NCBI GenBank assembly: GCA_051294375.1 | Contig: CM119264.1 | Span: 18,768,266-18,832,265 of the forward strand | Source: Paraspadella gotoi | Taxonomy: Eukaryota > Animalia > Chaetognatha | DNA: 64,000 bases | Reading direction: 5' to 3' | In this document: positions 38,746 through 53,700 of the stretch, piece after piece | How the letters are laid out: every line of letters begins with the position of its first letter | How positions within the stretch are numbered: the first letter of the stretch is position 1 | Program-made: the position numbers and the translations under genes | Notes under the pieces: model-generated | What the model saw: the letters and a program-made list of their open reading frames with translations, nothing else | Told to the model about the DNA's origin: nothing | The model's database searches: none

Positions 38746-40868
38746 CTTGCCCGCGAGCGACGAAAACAAAAGGGAATTCGGACGTCGAAAGTCGAACGCA
38801 AAGCGTCAGAGCAAACTCCGAGACGCTGAGTGGATCGAAAGCAGTTTCTGGGTCAAAAAAGAGAAGGGGAGTGAACTGGCGATGTGGATCCAGGAACGCG
38901 AAGGAGATTTTACAGTCACTAATCCCCTTATGATAGGAAATAAGATGGCGAGCGAATCTGATCGTGTCCTCGATCTTTGCAACGACGCTTAAGCCAAAGC
39001 CGCGCTCAACGATTCGCCGATTCCTTTGGTGATTGGCCTGTGGTTCCCTCGGTGATTCGTTCGGTGATCGCACCGGTGATTCGTTTCGAAATGTAAGTCT
39101 TTCACTTTCGAGTTGCGCCGCCGGCGATGAATCACTCGCATCGTTGGATTGCCGAAAAACGAATTCTGAGAAAAAGGGAAAAAAATCGATGTTTAAAGTT
39201 CAAAAAAGTTCAGTTTCACTAAAACCTAGAAGAAGAAAATTTATCGCATATAAATCTCTGATTTCATCAATCAAATAGGAAGACAGAATAAAAAAATATA
39301 AAAATTCTAAAAAGCGGAATCGAAAATCGAAAATCGAGTTTCACGTCGCAAAACGGAATTTGGGATTCGCTCGTTGCGTTTGCGAGATTGAGAATCGCGT
39401 TGGATGGAATGAAACCGGAAGTTAAATGAAGAAGGACCGGAGGTTGGAGTGAAATAGATCCAAGCTTTGTTGGAACGAGCGCAGACAACTGAACAATTTT
39501 ATGCTTCGTAAAATAAATCAGGTTCTTGAAGACTTGAAAAATATTAAAATAAGGAATTGTACAAAAAGGAAAACTACCCAAAATGTTAATATATGGATTT
39601 GTGGAATGGTTGTATTTTTGTATGGCATGAGATAGGGAGATGGATAGAATCCCTTTAGAGAGTGAATGGAGCAAAACCGAAATGTGGATGGAATGAGACC
39701 GAAAGCAGATGAAAGCCGCAAATGACGCCTTCGACGCGGAATATCAACCATCTATGATGCGTGAGAAGAGAGAGAAGGAAACGAGGAAGGGGAAGATATG
39801 AGGATAAAAGAAAAGAGGGAAGGGAGGATGGAATAAATGCAGAGAGAAATACAATGAAATGAATAAAATAGGTCGGTCGGAATGAGGGGGAAAGAAAGAG
39901 AAGAGACAAAAAAAAACAAAAAAACAGTTGAACGTTAAACTTAAAGGGTAACTGAGTTAAAAGAAGCTTGATTGGCGCCAAGCGTTTTAAATTTAGATTA
40001 GAGAAAATGTGGACGAAATTGTGGGGGAGGACTGAAGGAGGGAGAGACGAATAAGAGGAAGTACGAGAGCCGGAGAGATAAACAGAAAGTTAGTGACCCG
40101 TGGGGGGGGGGTCGCGGGGTGAGGGAGGGAGGAAACCGGAACGACGAAAAGCTTGGGGAGAGAAAGTCGGTTTGTGCTTCTAACCAAATTGGAAGGCTTC
40201 ACCGCGGATCTTGAGTCGTTTTCGAGAAGAACCAAAAAAAAAAAATCTGATGGAATCGCCCAATTAGGGAAATAGAGGAGGAAAATGTTTGGCAAAAAAG
40301 TGCGAAGGGCAAGCCGCAGGCGGCCGGATCAGGGCGGAAGGGGGGGGGTCAGGGATGACTGGGGACTGTGAGGAGTAAGAGAAGGTAATGGTGAAAGAAT
40401 GACGACTGAAAGGCAAAGTAATTCCCGAAAATGGGGCTGAGATTGAGCGAACAAAAAGTCGAAAAGAAGAGGAAAGCCTCCGTGTTTCCGTCACGAATTC
40501 GAGAGAAACTGAAAAGAGTCGATGATTCGAACAGAAAAAAAAAAAGCGAAGATTGAAAGAAAAAAGATTAAAAGAAAAAAAAAACCCCGAGAATTTTCGC
40601 GACTAAAAACATCGGCGATGAACATCGGAGACACTGGCGACCCCGCGGCGACGACGGTAAATGGAGAAGCGGAGACGCGCGACCGAAGCGGGTAAAAAAA
40701 GTGGAGACCCTCTGGCGGCGACGAACCTAAATATAATCGACTTCATCCAAACTCAAAGGAAAAGAGAGAGATCGAAACGAATATTTTAAGCTATTTCAAG
40801 TTTTTATTTTTAGGAAAGACTTTATAACTGTTGCATGAACAACTTAGCTTAGACATGATAATAGTTAC

Positions 40869-40935
<67 letters not shown>

Positions 40936-42474
40936 AGAGAGAAGAGATGAGATGAGAGAATGAAAGAGAGAGAGAGAGAGCGAGAGAGAGAGAGATCAAG
41001 ACCCCGGATTCTGGAGGCTTAGAAGGTCGCTCTCTCCTCCAAACTCCATTTTGTCGCAATTATTCGTGTTTTTGTCATAAGACTCGTTCGTCGCGAAGTG
41101 GATTCCCGGCGGAGATGGGGGTGCACGAATCGATGAAGTCTCACAAAATCGGTGACAATCACGCGGGTTCTGATTCGACTGAGAGATGACCGCAACGATT
41201 CGTACTCGTTCAGCGCGTCGCTGTTTTCAATCGCTTTGTGCTCCCGCAGTTTCACCCACGCGAACATCACGCCCTTTCACCGCGTCTCACTCCTAAAGGC
41301 AGACCTTTATTAAATAGGCGTTCTCACCGATCATCATTATGTATTACACCCTGACGCTCGAATCGCTTTCAAGATTAACTTTCACCGTCATTTTTATGCT
41401 TAGATCATCGCTCGCTCTTCCTCTACTTTATTTTCCCCGCCCGCCGCAGCCGCTAATCTCTGCCTTTTCATGCGAAGGCGTTACCTTCGCTGAGAAATTT
41501 CACTGTTATCGTGAAAAATTGTTTTTGGCTCAGCTTAAGCACGACGGAACGCAGACATACAAGGTATGCTGAGTCAATACTGAGATTTTCCACCCAACCT
41601 GGTCGCGACACGTCTGCCTCGCCAGGGGCGCTGCTGTCATCACGCCTGCGATACATGGTTCGATTTCTTTTATTATTTATAACCCGCTACTTTTTCCCCC
41701 TTCGACTGAAAGCCTAGAGTTACCTTTTTATCTATTCTCATCTCTCTCTCTTCTCTTCTCTCTCTCTCATCTCTCTTCTCTTCTTCTCTCTCTCCTCGTC
41801 TCTCCTCTCTTCTCATTTCTTATATTCCTATATTTCTCTCTTTCTCATCTTTTCTCTTTCTTCTCTATCTCTCTCCTTTCTCTCTATATCTACTCGACAG
41901 CGAAGGAATTTTCATCAGGTGTTGGTTTGTTCCAAATCAACGTCGTTAGATTACTTTTCTTCCCCATCTATTTTAACTTTCTCTCACTTTTTTAAGCTTA
42001 CCATCCTTTTGGCTCTCTCAACTCCTTTTTCAACCACTTAAATTTCTAAAGAGTTCTACTCAATTTCGCGTTTTCCCCCCCATTTCTCTCTATCTCGCAA
42101 GGGCGCATATTACATTGTACGATGTACATCCTTTCATTGACATCCTTTAAATTACCTTCTATTCCCATTTTTTTTTTTTTTTTTTTTTTTTCTTTTTCGC
42201 GGTTTTTCTTTAACTTAACGTCACCCTCAAATTTTTAAACTCCCCATCCGTTTATACTCCTACTCTCAGCTCCAACGCGTCCTTTCCTCTTCCCTCTCCA
42301 CTTTGGCACGATCCTTGGCCGAGAATGATTTATGATCGCTAATTGTTCGGGAGCTTTTTTTCTTTATTAAACGCACTTTTCTTACAAAGAGACAATCAGC
42401 AGCAGCTTCCGCGCGTTCGCACTGCTTTTTTTCGCGCCGTCTTTGATATATATATATTTTTTTTAAATCAAGAC

Positions 42475-44160
42475 CTGTCGAAGGACGGCGTTGTCTTCAG
42501 TTGATCCAATGGCGGGATTGTCTGATATGCAGGAGAAGTGAACGTTAGCCCTACGAGAAAAAAAAGGAGGAGAAAGGAGACTCTTCTAAGAATAATGGTA
42601 ACAAGATATTTAAAATTACTCATTTCAGATTACTAAAATTCCATAATACCATTTATCAAAGAGAGAAATAAGGCTAGTTCCCCATAACATTGACCATCGT
42701 TTCCATTCGCCTCCAACTGACCGACAGGGACGCTGGTGTATTGATGCTCCATGGAATAAACCAAGAGCGACCTCGATGACGGCGACGACCGTGGACGCGT
42801 ACCAGGCGAGGACGAATAAGTGGGCGGAAGGCAAAGTTCGACGAGAAAGCGACGTAAACAAAAAAAAAACCAAAAAAAAAAACAAAGAAAAGAAATAAGA
42901 AGGGGAAAAAAAAAAAAACGAAAAGGACGCGCGACGGTTGGCGAGGGCGGAGGGGCGACGGCAGACGAACGGTGGAGGGACGACGGCAGACGACGGTGGA
43001 AGAGGGAGTGGAGATAGAAAATATCGACGAAAGAGGACGAATGATAGGAGAATCGACAACGCGTGATTGACGTCTCATCGCCTCGTAAAGTGGCGCTGTC
43101 TCGAATGGACTCGTCTGCTGATTCCGTCGCAGGCAACTTCGTCGATGATCCGGGTTGGGTTCGTCGCGAGTCCGGGCAGTTGGGCGGAGGAAGCGACGGA
43201 TTGGGAGAAAGGGATCCGACAGTTTCGACTGGAACAGATTTGGGACAGGAGTCGACATCGTCTTCAAATCCTCGTCTCGAGTTTCATGCCGATCGCGTTT
43301 CCTCTGCAATTTGCTCGACGCGGATCTCCGCTCTCGATTCCACTTCGAACCTCGCAGAGAAGAAACCGTCGACTAATGGAGCGGCCGATTTCGGTCGCGT
43401 GACTTCGCGTTTTTTTCGCGCCGGCCTCTTTGACTCGGATCACGTGACTCTTGGTTTCGTCGGCCTTGTTTTTTCGTTCTGGTATTCACGTGACTCTTCC
43501 CTCGTCTCCGGAGACGGGATCGCGTGACTTCGAAGTTCTCGTCAACGCGATTCGAAACCCCTCGTTCACGGTGATTCCGCCCTTTGGATCACGCGAACTC
43601 GAAGTCTGCGTCACGTGACTCGCAGGTGAAAGTCGCGCGATTCTTTGTCGGGAAGAAGACGGCGACGCTCAATGGAATCCCGGTTTTAACGACGTCCGCC
43701 GATTTGCTTCGAGATCCGGAAAAACTGCGGGGGAAGAAAAGGGGGACCGATGGGGTTCAGTGGGGAAGAGAGAATCTTGTTTGGTGGAGGAGAGTCGCAA
43801 AAAGGAGGCGGGAAAGAGAATTTAGATGTAGGGATTGGGGGAAGAAGGGAAGGAGCGGGGAGGGGAGAGTGAGATGGATGGCGAAGGAGTTGGGAATGCG
43901 AAGTTAAGTGGGGGTGGCCTTTTTGGCGCAAGCATATGAGGAGAAATTAAGGTGCGAGGGGAGCGTCCTGGAAAACGTCAGCCCCGGTTCGCGCCGTTTT
44001 TGTGGTCAAGCGAATGGGCGGCGCAAGTAGGCGAAACGTGCCTCGAAAGTTTCAGCGGCGCGGAAGCGACGGCCTTGACCCCGGCGACGTCGGCCTCGGG
44101 CACCGTGGCGAAGTGGGCGCGACGTCAATTACAAAAAAGTCGAAACGCGCCGACGCAAAT
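42475..44160 (-). pseudogene. Third, indel-riddled copy (copy C) of IgSF exons 1-2; probably uncorrected read sequence rather than a true pseudogene
   Basis: Collinear with 37147-38745. Differences are mostly 1-2 bp insertions. Confidence 0.55.
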
Positions 44161-47100
44161 CTTGGGGCCCGCGAGCGACGAAAAACAAAAGGGAATTCGG
44201 ACGTCGAAAGTCGAAACCAAAAGCGTCAGAGCAAAAATCCGAGACGCATGAGTGGATCGAAAGCAGTTTTCTGGGTCAAAAAGAGAGGGGAGTGAAACTG
44301 GCGATAGTGGATCCAGGAAACGCGAAGTGAGAATTTTACAGTCACTAATCCCCCTATCGATTAGGAATAAGATGGCGAGCGAATCTGATCGTGTCTTCGA
44401 TCTTTGCAAACGACCTTAAAGCCACAAAGCCGTGCGCTCAACGATCGCCGATTCCCTTTGGTGATTGGCCTGTGGTTCCTCGGTGATTCGTTTCGGTGAT
44501 CGCACGCGGTGATTCGTTTGCGAAATGTAAAGTCTTTCACTTGCCGAGTTGCGGAGGCGGCCGGCCGGCGATGAATCACTCAGCATCGTTGGATTGGCCG
44601 AAAAACGAATTCTGAGAAAAAGGAAAATCGATGTTTAAAGTTCAAAAAAAGTTCAGTTTCACTAAAAAACCGCTTAGAAGAAGAAAATTTATCGCATATA
44701 AATCTCTGATTTCATCCAATCAATAGGAAGACAGAATAAAAAAATAAAAAATTCTAAAAAAAGCGGAATCGAAAATCGAAAAATCGAGGTTTCAGCGTCG
44801 CAAAACGGAATTTGGGATTTCTGCATCGTTGCGTTTGCGAGATTGAGAATCGCGTTGGATGGAATGAAAACCGGGACCGGAGTTAATATGAAGAAGGACG
44901 GAGGTTGGAGTGAAATAGAATCCAAGCTTTGTTGGAACGAGCGCAGACCAACTGAAACCAGATTTTATGCTTCGTAAATAAATCAAGGTTCTTGAAGACT
45001 TGAAAAATATTAAAATAAAGGAATTGTAACAAAAGGAAAACTACCCGCAAATTTGTTAATATATGGATTTGTGAATGGTTTTGTATTTTTTGTATGGCAA
45101 TGAGATAGGGAATGGATTAGAATCCTTTAGAGAGTGAATGGAGCAAAAACCCGAAATGTGGATGGAATGAGACGAAAGCAGAATGAAAGCCGCCAAATGA
45201 CGCCTTTCGAACGCCGGAATATCAACCATCTATGAATGCGTGGAGAAGAGAGAGAAGGAAAACGGAGGAAGGGGAAGATATGAGGATAAAGAAAAGAGGG
45301 AAGGGAGGTATGGAATAATGCATAGAGAGATAATACACTGAAATGAAATAAAATAGGTCGGTCGGAATGAGGGGGAAAAGAAAAGAGAAGGAACAAAAAA
45401 AAAAAAAACCAGTTGAACGTTAAAAACTAAAAGGGTAACTTGAGTTAAAAGAAGCTTGATTGGCGCCAAGGCGTTTTAAATTTAGATTAGAGAAAATGTG
45501 GACGAAATTGTGGGGGAGGACTGAAGGAGGGAGAGACGAATAAGAGGAAGTACGAGAGCCGGAGAGATAAACAGAAAGTTAGTGACCCGTGGGGGGGGGG
45601 TCGCGGGGTTAGAGGGGGGGGAAACGGAAACGCGAAAACTTGGGGAAGAAGGTGGTTTGTGCTCTACCACAAATTGGAAGGCTTCACCGCGGATCTTGAG
45701 TCGTTTTCGAGAAGAACCAAAAAAAAAAAATCTGATGGAATCGCCCAATTAGGGAAATAGAGGAGGAAAATGTTTGGCAAAAAAGTGCGAAGGGCAAGCC
45801 GCAGGCGGCCGGATCAGGGCGGAAGGGGGGGGGTCAGGGATGACTGTCTGGGGACCTGTGAGGAGTAAGAGAAGGTAATGGTGAAAGAAATGACGACTGA
45901 AAGGCAAAGTATTTTCCGAATGGGGATGAGATTGAGCGACAAAAAGTCGAAAAAGAATGAGGAAGCCTCCGTGTTTGCGCGTCAGAAATTCGAGAGATAC
46001 TGAAAAGAAGGTCGATGATTCGAACCAAAAGAAAAAAAAAGCGAAGATAGAAAGAAAAAAGATTAAAAGAAAAAAAAAACCCCGAGAATTTTCGCGACCT
46101 AAAAACATCGGCGATGAACATGCGGAGACACTGGCGACCCCGCGCGACGACGGTAATGGAGAATGGGGAGACGCGCGACGCGAAGCGGTAAAAAAAGTGG
46201 AGACCTCTGGCGCGACGAACCTAATATATATCGACTTCAAATCCAAACTCAAAAATCTTCGTTTCTCGTGGTTTTTTTTTTTATGAAATATAAAAGTAAT
46301 TCTGGGGTTGGTGTTTTTTGGTTTATGGTTTTCGTTTTTTTTTGCGTTATTTTTTTCCTTTTTTGTTCCCTTTTTTTCCGGAAAACCTTTTTTTGAGACT
46401 CGGGAATGTGAAAAGAGAGAGAGAGAGAGAGAGAAGAGAGAGAGAAGGAGAAGAGAGAGAGAAAGANNNNNNNNNNNNNNNNNNNNNNNNNGAGAGAGAG
46501 AGAGAGAGAGAGATATTGGATTATAAAGGCGCAAAATGAATCATGGCATGCGACTAAATGAAGAAAACAAAAGCTAATTAAAATTTTCCGATGGCTTTGC
46601 TCCAAAATCATTAAGCAGAGGAGGAGGACGACGACCACCATAATATTATTATTATTATTAATATTATTAATGATATTGATAATGATGATGCTGTTGTTGA
46701 TGATGACGATGATATTGATGATGATGATCATAATATATGACAACAATGAACAAAATTCACTATCGCTTAAAATTAAGCAATTTCCGTTCTGCTCCCAGCT
46801 CGTAACAAAAAAAAAGACTGAGGTGACATTTGGAACGTTGGGTCTTATTTAGTTTTGAGATGATCTCATAAAAAAATATTGTTCACATAAAAATATTCTT
46901 TCTATTGCTCTTCTCCGTATCTCTCTGTCGACCTCTCACTCAGCCGCAAGCCACTCTTCCTTCTTTCGATATATATTTTCGTGTTCTGTTGTTTGAAATA
47001 TCGTCTGCTCCCGTCGCCAGACGACGCTTATTGTCGAGAGAACCGATCTTTCCCGTCCAAAATGGCCGCGCGGTGGCGCAAAAGGTCGTAATACGCTGCG

Positions 47101-48174
47101 CCTTTCGGTAATGTTTGGACCATAACAATCCCTCGTAAACTTACTCTCTCGACCGGGAGAAGCATCCCGCTGGACTCACCTCTCTATTTCCCTAATATTT
47201 TTCCTTCTCACCCTCTTGCTTTTGCGGTATGGATGTCCGTCTTCTCTTCTCTTTTCTTTACTTTCCTGTTTTTGTTTTCTTTTTTATCTTTAGTTTTCTT
47301 TTCTTCTCTTCTCTTTGCTTCTCTTTTCTTCACTCTTCTCTTCTCTCCTCTGCTATAACTTTTTCTTTTGCTCTTTTCTTTTCTCCTTCTTCCCAGACGG
47401 TTCTCTTTTCCCTTTCTCCCTTTTGTCATAACTGTTATCTCCCTGGCTTTTGCCAAAGAAAGTCATCGGAGGCTCTTTTTTCTCATTCTCTCGTTGTTGT
47501 TTCTTTTTAAAGAAATGTCGTTGTTGTTTTCGTTGTTCTTGCTCCTTTTTTAAATGCCAAACGATTCGCTGAGAAAAAAACAAGGCCAGGAAACCTTCGA
47601 GCAGAAGAAGGCGTTTCTCGGCAAAAACCTCTCCCCGACTGCGTCCCTCGACTCGTCCGCCCCCCTTCCCACCCCCTCTCCCTCAAACCGGAGGGGGAAA
47701 AAAAGCAAACAGAGTTTACGGTCGCAAACAACTTCCGAGGCCGAGGAAACCGTGGGAAAGCCGGGACCGAAAAAACGGCTGAAAACGGTTCCAAAACGAA
47801 GCCCTGTAAAAATTCTAAACACGCAAACATGGAACGGCGTGGAAAATGGTGCCGAGCCAAAACCGACGGAACTCGCGCGTTTATCTATAAAACAATATCG
47901 ATTTACATTATTTAAATCGTTGATGAATTTATAATTAATGGAAAATTGGTATATCATAGAAATTTTAAAAAACAAAATAAAATGGATATTAGAGGATTTT
48001 GATCTGGCGTGTCAAAGATACGGGAGGCCAAAAGTGCCGAATGAAATGACGAAAACCGATCAACGACGACGACGACGACGACGACCACAACAACGACGAA
48101 CTTTCGTTGACGCCATTTTTTATCCGATTTCTACGCCGCATCGTGAAGTAGTTCTTTAACTTTGAGACTAACTC

Positions 48175-48237
<63 letters not shown>

Positions 48238-49872
48238 AAGAGAGTTCTATCTTTTTCCATATTTCTCGTGTTTTTTCTTATGATAATGGATAACTATATA
48301 ATTGATGAGGATCCTGAAAGTTGATGTGAGGGAGGAAAAAGTGAATAAAGAGGCGGTGAGTGGGTGAGGTGGGTCGTGGCNNNNNNNNNNNNNNNNNNNN
48401 NNNNNNNNNNNNNNNNNNNNNNNNNNNNNNNNNNNNNNNNNNNNNNNNNNNNNNNNNNNNNNNNNNNNNNNNNNNNNNNNNNNNNNNNNNNNNNNNNNNN
48501 NNNNNNNNNNNNNNAACTTCTTCTCTTTCACAAATCACAATGATTGAAAATCGTAGATGGTCTCTGATGTCATGTTACGAATCGAGTAACGTGTAGTGAA
48601 GATTGGGAGAAGGAATTTAGTAAATTACAAAAATGTAAATAATATTTCTCGGCCTAAAATTCCATTCTCATTTACATTCCTACTTTGGTAAACAAAGTAG
48701 TTCATATAAAAGTCATTGTTATTTTATTCTCGCGCACATTTTCCCTTCGATGTTATACTGAAATAAACTCTCGTTCATTTTACTTTGGTATCGAATTCTT
48801 TTCACTAAAAATTCCGTCCTCCACTGTGTCTCTAGGCTTCTCTTAATAATTTTTGATAATTTCGTTCGGATTTGATTTGAAACCTAGTTTCATGGACTGT
48901 GGTTCCATTGAATGTAACGCCAACGTGGAATGTAACCCACATTTGTGCCCTCAATTAATGAGAATTAATGAAGAAAATGGCGAATGGACGGCGTTAATCG
49001 ATGACAAAACGACGGCATTGACCGCAGTACCCGCCGCATTTGGCTGGGGCGCAGCGGTGGGCGTGTCTCGCCGCTGTAATGAGCCAGGGAGAATATCCTT
49101 TCCATCGCCTTCTCCATGGGGCCGCCGCAATTTTCATTTAGAGAGGGCGTTGAATTATGAGGGCATAAAAAGGAGGGCGGGGGTCAACGATGCTCATCTC
49201 CATTCTGGTCGCGACTCGATCCCGATGCAGTTTCGCCCAGTGACTTTTCCAACGATTTCGATTCATGAGGATAACGAGGGCGTTTTAAGGGTGACTCAAA
49301 ATTAAGTTAAGCCTAAAAATTAAGTATCAAATGATAAAGTTGGTATAATAATAATATATTGTATACGAGTGGAAAAAAATAGAGTAAAATTTCCTTAACT
49401 CACCAAGCCACCAGAGTTTATTGGATGAAGGATAATTTTAATAATAGTACCTTTTTTTCTAAAATATTTTTCAAATATTTTAAATAAGTTAAAAAGAAAA
49501 AGCTGAGAGCCCAAGTTTTCCATCTACCCCCACACGGTTATACTCACCACTCGGTTATACCCCCACTCCCCACTTCGAGACACCGGCTTCTTTTTTTTTC
49601 TTTTTCGAAGCCTCGCGTAAAAATCGTTGGACCGACGACTCGTATAACTCGGTCATGGGCCCGTGGCGGCGTCGCACCATAAAACGCCATAAAACACCGT
49701 AAAATCTCTTCGACCATTCCTCGCCCCGTTTTCGAAGCGACGTTAATTAGTCTTAAGCGAGTCGGGGTCGGCGTCTGCGCCCGCGTTCGGCCGACGCCGT
49801 TGAGTCTCTTAACGAGGACGAGGCCGCCGATGATGATGAAGACGACGACGACGAACGGAATGAACAGAACGA

Positions 49873-49953
49873 TGGCGTCGGTGTCGTCGTCGTCGTCGTC
49901 GTCGGCGTCGTCGTCGTCGTCGTCGGCGTCGTCGTCGGCGTCGTCGTCGGCGT
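49873..49953. repeat. (GTC)n / (GTCGTCGTCGGC)n microsatellite
   Basis: Direct inspection. Related (TCG)n/(CGA)n tracts at 13872-13897 and 48063-48085. Confidence 0.9.
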
Positions 49954-50444
49954 CATTGTTGTGTCGGTCCCGTTGTTTGGTTGAAGCGAAGTTTCGAGCG
50001 AAGACTAATTTGAAATCTCAATTGGACTCTGGCGCTTGATTCAAATTAGCCGCTTTGTTGGTCAGATCGATTTGTGAAATCGAAACGGTTTTTTCGTTAA
50101 AATTTAGGACTGACATTTATAATTTGTAAAGATTAAAATTCAAACTTGTTTTAGAAAGAAGGAGCAAATTTTCGATGAAATCTCGCGATCGCAATTAATT
50201 TTTGAGGTGAAAGACTTTAAACGGCTGATTCGGAAATCAAGCATGCCCGCGCCCGCCCCGAGTTTCCAGAGACGCAGCCAACTGCTCCATCTATTCGGAT
50301 CCGCTGTTGCGACGCCGAGTCCGGGATGGCGCGGAATCGACGCCGCGGGAAAAAGACCGACAGACTCGACGCAAATCGCATAATTTGCATCTCATCATTC
50401 CCATCGTAACACACGGAGTGGGGCGAGAGTTAGAAGTCTTTATG

Positions 50445-50504
<60 letters not shown>

Positions 50505-50748
50505 CCTCCCTTTCTACCTCTTTCTTTTTCTCTATCTAGCGTACATCCTATCTATCTGTATATCTATCCTGTCTAACCTATCTATCGTATCTATTCAATC
50601 TTTATTTAATAGAACTTCTGTCTCGTTTTCTATTCGAAACTAGAGTTTTATAATATTTGATCCTCTTCTTAGTAAATCAATGAAACAAAAATCAATGCGA
50701 GGAAGGAGCTGACGAAACTTCTGNNNNNNNNNNNNNNNNNNNNNNNNN

Positions 50749-53700
50749 CATATGATGTCTCTCTCTCTCTCTCTCTCTCTGCTCTCGTCGCTCTCTCTGC
50801 TCTCTCTTCTCTCTCTTCTCTTTCTCTCTCTCTCTGCTCTCTCCTCTCTTCTTGCTCTCTCTGCTACTCCTCTCTCTCTCTCTCTACTCTCTCTCGTCTC
50901 TCTCTCCTAGCCTTTCTACCTCTTTCTTTTTCTCTCATCAGGCGTACATCCTATTCTATTCTGTTATATCTATTCCTGTCTTGAACCTATCTTCGTAATC
51001 TAGTTCTAATGCTTTATTTAATAGAACTTCTGTCTCGTGTCTTTTCTATTCGAGAACTGATGTGAGTTTTACTATAATATTTGATTCCTCTCGTTATAAC
51101 TCAAGTAAGATCAATGACAAAATCAATGGCGAGTAGGATGCCATGCACGAAACTTCTGTTATTTACGTATAATCTCCTACATAATTTTTTCGCTTTTTGT
51201 GAGTAAACAACATTTTTTCCTCCGGGTTTCCTAAAAGCTCTCTCCTTCTCTGCTCCTCTCTCTACCTCCCCCGCTCGTCTCTCCTCTCTCCCTCTCTCTC
51301 ATGGGGTTGGTCGACAATCGACTCGCAGCCCGCGTGTAAGTAACAAAAGGCTTCTCCCTCTCTGTCCGCTTGTCTCTCTTCTAGGCTTACCCGTCCGGTC
51401 GAACAGAGGTCGGAGGTCCATCCGCGTCGACTATGTAGACGGGCTTGCTCTATGCATCTTCTCGAACAGAATGCAGACGAGATCCTCTTCCTTTCTCTTA
51501 CCGCAACGCGAGCGATCGTCGCGGTCTAGGCGTGCGAATGACTCGGCGAATCAGCTAACCCGCCTCTAGCTCTTTTTCTCTCTCTCTCCCACAGTTCTCT
51601 TAGTTTTTGCTTTTTCACTCTGCTTCGATTTTGCCTATTTGACTCTCGTATCAACCATATAACTCGACTAGCAGTGAGTGACTCGGTAATTGAAAGGACA
51701 AGTACCCTTGGAAAATCCGTGGAGGAATCCGTGTTCTGATGTGGTGTTTACTCGAGTAACTCAATGCTTGGAAATTTCAGGCTGACTAAATTGCATGACA
51801 GTTGAGACCTGGAGGTGGTTATTCCCCATTAATGTAGTTTGAAGGCCCAGCTTTTAATAAATAAACAAATAGTGATATGGGCAGTTCTTTGGGACAAAAA
51901 ATTTAATTTTGCATACTTGTTAAAAAAAGATATTCCGGTAGTACAAATTACTTCTTCTATATGTATGGTGATATAACCGGGAGGGGTTTGCCTTTAATAC
52001 CAGGTGATAAAACCAGAAGTCATAATATATCGGCAGAATATCTCTTTGTTCAGAGACACATCGCTCGTCTGATTTACCACTCGCTTGGCTGAGTAAGAGC
52101 AATCTCTGTGTGATATACCTGAATGAGGAAGATCGTGTGTATATCTCTGGCGAATCCCTGGTCTATTGATCATTTCCTACCAAGACATAACAGTTTCCCT
52201 ATATTTGTCAGTAAATCTCACACTTAGACACTGTCATAATCTACTTCTCAATTCTACTATCCTCATGCCTCATAAACTAGCTCTACATATTTGTCTTACT
52301 CTCATAACTCCTCATCATAATACTGCTCTTCGCGCTTTTATTTGCGTTTACATCAGTCTCTCTTCTTCATACATTCCTATAATCATCACTTAATTCGCAT
52401 ATCTGCGACTGCTTGCGTGCTCATGAAGGCGTCTTGCCAATAAGAGAAACGTCCAACTCAACTCAAGTATCCTGTCAAGTAACCTCTCTTTCTTCTCTCG
52501 AGAAACTCTTCCTTATCGTCATGAAGTCATGTTGCATACAAAGTAGAAATCGATTGATTTGTAACCCACTGTTACAGATCTTTAATTATTTCGCTCTCAT
52601 AACAACTCTCGTGTAACTTAGCTAAGTAATATTACTCCGGTGCCGAGAATTACATCAGAGTATAAGACTCAGAAGATTCTTTCTGGCTCTTCTCTCTCTC
52701 TCTCTCTCTCTCGTTCCATTCGTTCTTGCAATATACTAACACTTTGTCTTCTCTCTCTTCAGTCCCTGTCTGCCTCTCTTTCTTGCGTAATCGATTCTCT
52801 CCTCCTCAATCTCCTCACCTCTCTCCTCATCTCTCTCCCACAAATGAGCGTTCTAAACCTGTACCATGTTGGTGTAAGTCACGCTGATCCATTAGCCTTT
52901 TGCCTCTCCTTGTCAGCTTTGATGTAGGATATGACGCAGCACTGAGAAAACGTGAATCACATTGTCTTAGTTTGACAATAGAGAGCAATTGAATTTTTAA
53001 GCGTTATCTCGTCTCTCTCTTAATAGAATATATTAATATAACACTCTCTGAAATAAGTCATTAGGAAACATTATTTATCAACATTGACTACTTCATATTA
53101 TAACAATTATGCTTTTTATCATATTATTTAAAATTGCATTACATTTATAATTTGTTAAATTTACAGTGTCTTTAAGATATCTTGTCGACGCATATACTCT
53201 TATAGAGTATGACGTTCTCGTGGCTGTAGAGTTTATATTAATTACCTCTCAATATACTCTGTCTAACACCACTCAATATGAGAGAACTTTAAAGACACTA
53301 TATTTGTTAGGAATCTCTATATATCTTGTCATTAACGGACGGACTATTTTATTACCCTAACTGTCGATTCATAAATCCATGTCGGCAAATATAACCTTTT
53401 GTCGAAAACGTTTCTCAGTTCGCCTGACCCGCCGTACATGTGTGGTCAACCTTCTTTAATTTACAGTTAAAAAATTCATCTATGGGTATCAAACTGGTGA
53501 TAGGCACAGATTAAACAAATGTAAGCTCGACCCTTCTATCTTCTCACTCTCTTCATCTTTCATCATCTCTTTCTCTTCTACTGACTCTCATTTCTCTCTC
53601 TTCATCTCTCTAACTCTTCTACTCTCTTTCAATGCTCTTATCTTTCTCTCTACTCTACTATAATCACTTTAAACAATCCCTGGGCCATCTCTCTATTATT

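Larger units (their letters stand above)
26373..38995. repeat. Direct duplication of about 5.5 kb: 26373-31874 vs 33473-38995, separated by the LTR and a 25-N gap
   Basis: Both copies start acatgc(a)ttttttgtcctatacgttatc and stay collinear up to ...ttaagcc, the LTR insertion point. Confidence 0.95.
35627..46253. repeat. Direct tandem duplication of about 5.1-5.5 kb: 35627-40758 vs 40773-46253
   Basis: Collinear from cgaacgaaatatttt to tccaaactcaaa. The second copy is longer through many small insertions. Confidence 0.93.

Noticed and set aside
26373-46253. True tandem array of diversified Ig receptor paralogues
   Set aside because: Copies differ mainly by random small indels in exons and introns alike, abut N-gaps, and one junction has an adapter-like remnant. 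Haplotypes or read error explain this better.
49755-49985. Acidic stretch plus poly-Val 'transmembrane' peptide on the + strand
   Set aside because: Produced by (GAC)n and (GTC)n microsatellites; no start codon or splice support.
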